Positions 59,152 through 64,000 of a stretch of 64,000 bases of DNA are shown here, piece by piece. Position 1 is the stretch's first letter, and each line of letters starts with the position of its first letter. The stretch lies in NCBI GenBank assembly GCA_026066175.1, contig GCA_026066175.1_4721.2; one strand, given 5' to 3'. The notes under the pieces were generated by a model, which ran no database searches, was not told the DNA's origin, and worked only from the letters and a program-made list of their open reading frames with translations. This DNA comes from a phage. Made by a program: the position numbers and the translations under genes.

Positions 59152-59919
59152 CTATACGTTGATGGTTGAGATGTCGGATGCCGGATGTGTGTTGTCATCC
59201 GGCGGTACGTACAGAAACACCCACAGATAAAACAGTAGCTTCTCTAACTTCAATTTAATTGAAGTTAGATATTGCTTACCTCCAACAAACGACGTTAGCC
59301 AGTTACCTGAAACAAGCTGCGATGCCCAGCCGGGTACAGCCTTACCGTTTTGACTCATCACGTTACCTGCCCAGCCTGGAAAACCCGGTCGGAAAATATA
59401 TACTTGAATATGCGTCAGTGCGTTATCATTACCACCGCCAACAGCAACGTTACGACTACCAGACGACGGGAAATATTCTTTTAAGAACAGGGGATCGGTT
59501 GCTAATAAAGAAGCAGGCCAAGGATTTGCAGATGCATCAACGTCGAATTCGGTCCAACTCCAATGACGGTTTGTGTCGAACCATGTTGACGTACCACCAC
59601 CTCTCACAGCAAGATTGCGCGCATCACGGACATTATAGATCGATTCGATGTTACGCCATCCGCCTTTCGCGGCGTTTGCTGCATAGCAAATCGCATTACC
59701 ACCATTCTTCTTCTCGAAAACGGTTCGTTTGATATGAACACGGTCGATAAACGCCTCACCGTATTTGTTGACGAGTGTTTGTGCGATATCACGAAGATCG
59801 TGCATATGGAAAGCGATGTCTTCGTTATGAAACCATGTTGTTGCATTCCAAACAGTACCGTTTGGTTCAGCACACATCGATCGGATATTGTTGCGTTGAT
59901 TAATCGCGATAAAACCCAT
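59152..59919 (-). CDS. hypothetical protein, paralog of 58501 gene product (about 256 aa)
   Basis: ATG at 59919 (GAGGT SD) preferred; alternative ATG at 59970 abuts the hairpin. Confidence 0.7.
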   Translation of the reverse strand: MGFIAINQRNNIRSMCAEPNGTVWNATTWFHNEDIAFHMHDLRDIAQTLVNKYGEAFIDRVHIKRTVFEKKNGGNAICYAANAAKGGWRNIESIYNVRDARNLAVRGGGTSTWFDTNRHWSWTEFDVDASANPWPASLLATDPLFLKEYFPSSGSRNVAVGGGNDNALTHIQVYIFRPGFPGWAGNVMSQNGKAVPGWASQLVSGNWLTSFVGGKQYLTSIKLKLEKLLFYLWVFLYVPPDDNTHPASDISTINV

Positions 59920-59974
59920 TGTATACCTCGTTCCTATTCTCAAAAAGGAAATTTCATACGATGACGCCATAGCG

Positions 59975-60006
59975 GCCCCTCCCGACCCGTAAGGGAAGGG
60001 AGGGGC
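59975..60006 (-). terminator. conserved palindromic hairpin, variant GCCCCTCCC-GACCCGTAAGGGAA-GGGAGGGGC
   Basis: Same architecture with GTAA loop. Confidence 0.5.
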
Positions 60007-60018
60007 GCACACTATGAA

Positions 60019-60525
60019 CTATTTACCGATAACTTCAACAGAATCAGGATCCGCGATTAACGCACGATCGGTTGAGCAGTTGAAGAAGACCATACCAACA
60101 CCATCACCATTCGAGTTCAGGGTTGAACTTACGTAAGACAATGTTGGTTTATTCATACGGTAGAAGCGTTCGCTGGTGGTGGTATTAAAGCCTAGATCAA
60201 CGTAGTCTTTTACCGTGGTGTACAACTGTGTGGATTCGAACACGGTTACCGGAGAGTCCACCGTAAACTGACTACCCTCGTCGACAACCAGAACTTTATC
60301 GTTCCAGATTTCAGTGGTTGAAAACTTCGGTTTCCAATGTTCGAACTCTTGGGTCGCACCCCAGCAAGAATAAACAGCAAGATTGCTGTTCTTCTCAACA
60401 GGTTTCAACCCCACCAGTTGCGTCAGGTCTTTATCCAGGTTCGGTAAGCCTTCCAGCGTAGCGCATCCACCCAGAGAAAGTACCATCAACATACCAAGAA
60501 TAATCGCGCAAAGTTTTTTCATCAT
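60019..60525 (-). CDS. putative outer-membrane lipoprotein (168 aa)
   Basis: Signal peptide MMKKLCAIILGMLMVLSLGG followed by Cys (lipobox-like LGGC, Ala at +2); AAGGAA SD. Confidence 0.7.
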   Translation of the reverse strand: MMKKLCAIILGMLMVLSLGGCATLEGLPNLDKDLTQLVGLKPVEKNSNLAVYSCWGATQEFEHWKPKFSTTEIWNDKVLVVDEGSQFTVDSPVTVFESTQLYTTVKDYVDLGFNTTTSERFYRMNKPTLSYVSSTLNSNGDGVGMVFFNCSTDRALIADPDSVEVIGK

Positions 60526-60531
60526 TAGATT

Positions 60532-60566
60532 TCCTTATGTGTTAACGGAAGTGACTTCCATAAGGA
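60532..60566 (-). promoter_or_regulatory. hairpin TCCTTATG...CATAAGGA overlapping the lipoprotein SD
   Basis: 8-bp outer stem; the 3-prime arm on the minus strand contains the AAGGA SD of the lipoprotein gene. Confidence 0.35.
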
Positions 60567-60573
60567 TTGATGA

Positions 60574-63363
60574 TTACTTTTTGAGCGCTTTAAGTTCTTC
60601 TTCCAACGCTTCCACTTTCGTCGTAAGCTTCTGTACTTGTTTGATTAATGGAACCACCAAACGTTCGTACATAACACCTTCAGCAACCAACCCATTAGAA
60701 GAAACGATGGCGGGGTCATCTTCTTCGGTTGCATCACGCCAGTGCACGTATTGTGGTGCTATCTCACCGACCTCTTCGGCAATCAACCCATACCAACCCC
60801 AATCCTTGTTGTCCGCTTCGCAGGTAGAACGATACCAAACAGGACGCATCTCCAATACTTTATCCGCTTGTTCATCCGTGATATTCTCGATATCTTTCTT
60901 ATAGCGACGTGACGACGTTGAACGGAACACATTGTTGATCCCAGCAACAGGACTGATATACATATTAGCCCCGCTGGTTGTAGTGCTAATGTCCCATACC
61001 GCAAATCCGCCGTTACTCCCATTTTTTACTACCAACGTATTGGCAATAATGTCCAGGTTATTGTCGTACCCGGTTAACTGGTTTTCCGTTACATAACTGG
61101 ATAGGTTAACCGAGTAGTTCTTACTGTTATAACAACGACGCCATCCTGGGCTGTTGGTGCTGCCGTTATAGTTGTCGTAGCTATAAATGAACTCGGAGTT
61201 GGTTTTCGCCCCACTGACGGAAGACGTGGTAGCGGTTGTAACACGGATGGTGTAGTTTGTCATCCCGAAGCTAACGACCTCGATAACAGCGCCAGCCAGA
61301 GGGATGATCCCGCATTTGGTTTCACTGTCTGGGATGTATGCGCTATCGGCAGCAGCGAAGGAGCAACGTGCGACCCAAGCACGAGTGTTGAAGGCTCCAT
61401 GGTTTTGCAGTAATGTGATAAACGAGGACGTTGTAATCGAGCTGTTATTATCACCGGTGATCAACCAGCCGGTTGGACATGCAGTTGCACCAACGTTTTT
61501 CGCTGTTAGCGTGATGTTCTGTGATCCGTCGAAGGCTACGCCGCTAATAGTACGCGCAGTCTGTAGCTTCGTCGCCGTTGCTGCGTTCCCTGACGTGTTC
61601 TGATTACCTGCTTTGTTCACGCCTGGTAAATCAATGTTGGCGGTTCCATCGAAGCTGACGCCGCCTATTGTTCTTGCTGTAGCGAGTTTCGTTGCTGTGG
61701 TTGCAGCATTACCAACCTTTAACCATTCGCCCCATGGACCATCGATGCCGTTCCATGATGCTGTTAAACTACGTACGTAAATATTTCCGGTACGTACAGT
61801 GTAACGTTGCGTTCCACCGAACTGTCCAGCTGGGAGCACTTCGATATAACCTACCGCGTTTGCTTCAGGGAAATTGTGGGCAACATCAGCATTCGTTGAT
61901 GTTTGTTTAGACCAAATACCTACGGACTCCTCTACCGGACCGTAGGTATCCAGATTTGCGTCGGTGGGGAGCTGTCCTCGAAAACGTCGGAATAATGATG
62001 CTGTTAACCCCAACGTTGTTTGCATTCCTTGAACGCTTGACTGCGATAAAAGCGCCCGCGCTGTCGACGTAATGGCAGCTAAAGCAACCTTGTCGGCTCC
62101 GGTGAAAAATGGGAATTTGTTCGCCGAGGTCGTTAAGCCTGAAAGGGCTGTTAGTAATGCGTTAAGGGGTTGTTTTCCGGCTAACGCGTTAGTTATCGTC
62201 GTTGCGAAATTAGGATCGTTGCCTAAAGCTTGAGCCAGCTCATTAAGCGTATTTAGCGCTTCTGGAGACGAGTCAATCAGCGACGCGATAGCACGCATTA
62301 CAAATTCCGTGTTGGCAATCTGTTGACTGCTATCATTCTCTGCAGCCGTTGGCGCTGCTGGGATACCGGTGAATACAGGGTTATTAAGATCTGCCTTGAG
62401 GGCGATGAGACGTCTAAGCGCTTCAACATCGACTCTCAGGTTTTCCCATCCGACGAGATAACCTTCATCGGTTGTGTGATAACGGTTGTACCAAAAATCG
62501 CCATTAACACCGAAAAAGAATATTCCCTTCTCTTCGTATTGTGGGCCAGAACTGTTCCGCGATGAGCTAATGTATTTTATTTCGATAAGGCCGTTGAATA
62601 CCACTCCTGGGATAATTTTGTCGTTTCCATGCAATTGTGATACCTGGTACGCCCCCGGCGTTGCGGTTCTAATCCACGTTAAGAATTCCGATGTTCCAGC
62701 GTTACCGCTAAAATGCTTGGCGTCGGTGAGTATCGCACCAAAACCGAACATACCGGGTAAAGCAACTCGTCCATCGGTACGGTCACGAATATCTGTCGCA
62801 ACAACGGGCAATTGTTTACGAACGTCATTAACCGCTTTAGGTGTTGCTGATTTTGTCTCGTCGTCGCTCTCAGTATCATTGCTCAGGATGGTCAGTCCTC
62901 GAGTATCTGTGGTCGCATCAGGAAGAAACGCGTTATCCAACACCTTAAGCTGTATTGCATCCGTGTTACTAACAGCAACATACACCTGGCAGTTAAGAAC
63001 GCTGGTTGCGCCTTCGGTGGGCACAGGCTTATATCTTTCTGGTGCGCTGCAGACGGCGACCAGAACACCTTGATCGTCATACAGACCGATCTCACGTACC
63101 CAGAACCCACCTTGACTGGTGGGAATAATGCCTTCAACAATAATCCGGGTTGTGTCGTCAACATCAATGCGGATGTTGGAAACTTCCCCACGATAAACTT
63201 CGTGTATAAGTGCCGTTTGGCTAGCATCGGGGGTTGGTGTAGAGCCGTTACTGTCACCAACGGCAAAATGCGTGATTTTTAGTTTCTCACCGTCAGGAAG
63301 TAATGCTGCGGTGATACGTTCTGCGCCTTTATCGGTAATAACCGTTTTATATGTTGTACTCAT
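60574..63363 (-). CDS. tail fibre protein with C-terminal S74-type intramolecular chaperone domain (929 aa)
   Basis: N-terminus MSTTYKTVITDKGAERITAAL...ITHFAVGDSNG...EVYRGEV...VEGIIPTSQGGFWVREIGLYD matches the phage tail-fibre N-terminal domain; C-terminus SSRRYKKDIENI...LEMRPVWYR...YGLIAEEVGEIAPQYV...MYERLVVPLIKQVQKL matches the self-cleaving chaperone domain. Confidence 0.9.
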   Translation of the reverse strand: MSTTYKTVITDKGAERITAALLPDGEKLKITHFAVGDSNGSTPTPDASQTALIHEVYRGEVSNIRIDVDDTTRIIVEGIIPTSQGGFWVREIGLYDDQGVLVAVCSAPERYKPVPTEGATSVLNCQVYVAVSNTDAIQLKVLDNAFLPDATTDTRGLTILSNDTESDDETKSATPKAVNDVRKQLPVVATDIRDRTDGRVALPGMFGFGAILTDAKHFSGNAGTSEFLTWIRTATPGAYQVSQLHGNDKIIPGVVFNGLIEIKYISSSRNSSGPQYEEKGIFFFGVNGDFWYNRYHTTDEGYLVGWENLRVDVEALRRLIALKADLNNPVFTGIPAAPTAAENDSSQQIANTEFVMRAIASLIDSSPEALNTLNELAQALGNDPNFATTITNALAGKQPLNALLTALSGLTTSANKFPFFTGADKVALAAITSTARALLSQSSVQGMQTTLGLTASLFRRFRGQLPTDANLDTYGPVEESVGIWSKQTSTNADVAHNFPEANAVGYIEVLPAGQFGGTQRYTVRTGNIYVRSLTASWNGIDGPWGEWLKVGNAATTATKLATARTIGGVSFDGTANIDLPGVNKAGNQNTSGNAATATKLQTARTISGVAFDGSQNITLTAKNVGATACPTGWLITGDNNSSITTSSFITLLQNHGAFNTRAWVARCSFAAADSAYIPDSETKCGIIPLAGAVIEVVSFGMTNYTIRVTTATTSSVSGAKTNSEFIYSYDNYNGSTNSPGWRRCYNSKNYSVNLSSYVTENQLTGYDNNLDIIANTLVVKNGSNGGFAVWDISTTTSGANMYISPVAGINNVFRSTSSRRYKKDIENITDEQADKVLEMRPVWYRSTCEADNKDWGWYGLIAEEVGEIAPQYVHWRDATEEDDPAIVSSNGLVAEGVMYERLVVPLIKQVQKLTTKVEALEEELKALKK

Positions 63364-63369
63364 GGCGTT

Positions 63370-63897
63370 TTATCCCGGGTAAATAGCGATGACATCACCA
63401 ATGACAGTTGCCGCACCAGCGTATAAATAAGCTGGAGATGCCTCACGTTGGTTTGTCACGGTAAGATCCAATTGTCCACGCCAAACCATGGAGGTATTCG
63501 CGATGGGAATCGAGATCTTCTTGGATGTGTCGTCACGAAAATCAATGACAGTAGCAAGGATAGCTGAATCAAAATCGACATCGGTTTCAAAGATGAATCC
63601 GTACTGATCTGAAATAGCTTGTATAACCGCTCTTATAGTTGTTGTTTCAACCGACTCCAAAACGATTTTTATCGGTATCCCTAGAAACGCTTTCGCGATA
63701 TCACGTCGTGCGTAAGTGATAAAACTTTCACCACACCACCTTGTTCCTTCATTTGCTGTGACGATCACTTTTGCCCTGTTAGCACCAGAACTCCCATCCA
63801 GGGTTAAAGTGAGATCGGAGTTACTGAACACGCTACCGTTACGTTGGTTTATCAACGTAATCAGTTCGTCTTTCCACGGCAGGTAAAGTGAACGCAT
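63370..63897 (-). CDS. fibre-adaptor-like N-terminal module protein (about 175 aa)
   Basis: ATG at 63897 with GGAGGAGGG SD (listed start is TTG); paralogous to the N-terminus of the 870-aa protein. Confidence 0.7.
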   Translation of the reverse strand: MRSLYLPWKDELITLINQRNGSVFSNSDLTLTLDGSSGANRAKVIVTANEGTRWCGESFITYARRDIAKAFLGIPIKIVLESVETTTIRAVIQAISDQYGFIFETDVDFDSAILATVIDFRDDTSKKISIPIANTSMVWRGQLDLTVTNQREASPAYLYAGAATVIGDVIAIYPG

Positions 63898-63937
63898 AAG
63901 CGCACCCTCCTCCAACAATCAAATTAAGATGCAAAAC

Positions 63938-63965
63938 GCCTCGAAACCGGAGTGCGATTCGAGGC
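63938..63965 (-). terminator. hairpin GCCTCGAA-ACCGGAGTGCGA-TTCGAGGC
   Basis: Perfect 8-bp stem upstream of the 63897 start; likely terminates the gene beyond the window end. Confidence 0.4.
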
Positions 63966-64000
63966 AAACGTAAACAGTCTTAACGACCGCATAAAATTCC

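Noticed and set aside
4219-60006. Hairpin repeats as a CRISPR array
   Set aside because: Copies are separated by kilobases of coding sequence with no regular spacing and are palindromic intergenic elements.

Overview
This 64 kb window reads like a gene-dense segment of a large virulent tailed-phage genome, probably a jumbo myovirus of an enterobacterial host (E. coli-like codon preferences, compact operons with ATGA stop/start overlaps, an HNH homing endonuclease, tail-fibre genes). I call about 59 protein-coding genes in alternating strand blocks: minus 1-2543, plus 2583-4193, minus 4268-25894, plus 25930-30132, minus 30194-38435, plus 38618-42075, minus 42149-51685, plus 51782-54825, minus 54891-63897. 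Recognisable by motif: a partial, extremely codon-optimised structural gene; a DnaB-like helicase homolog with a deviant Walker A; a family-B DNA polymerase exonuclease-domain gene followed by an HNH endonuclease and a group-I-intron-like RNA core; an HtpX/M48-like zinc metalloprotease; a TARG1/DarG-type macrodomain protein; and a tail-fibre locus with an adjacent lipoprotein. Most other genes cannot be assigned by eye but fall into tandem paralog families: a 12-gene array of small proteins, a 5-gene family of about 400 aa, a 3-gene family, and two giant helical proteins. A conserved palindromic GC-rich hairpin with a GNRA loop recurs at 10 or more intergenic sites, and a 32-nt repeat containing TATATTAC heads two small-gene clusters. 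No rRNA, tRNA or CRISPR array was seen. All family assignments rest on motif recognition by eye; no database search or computation was run, and gene starts are best guesses from SD spacing.
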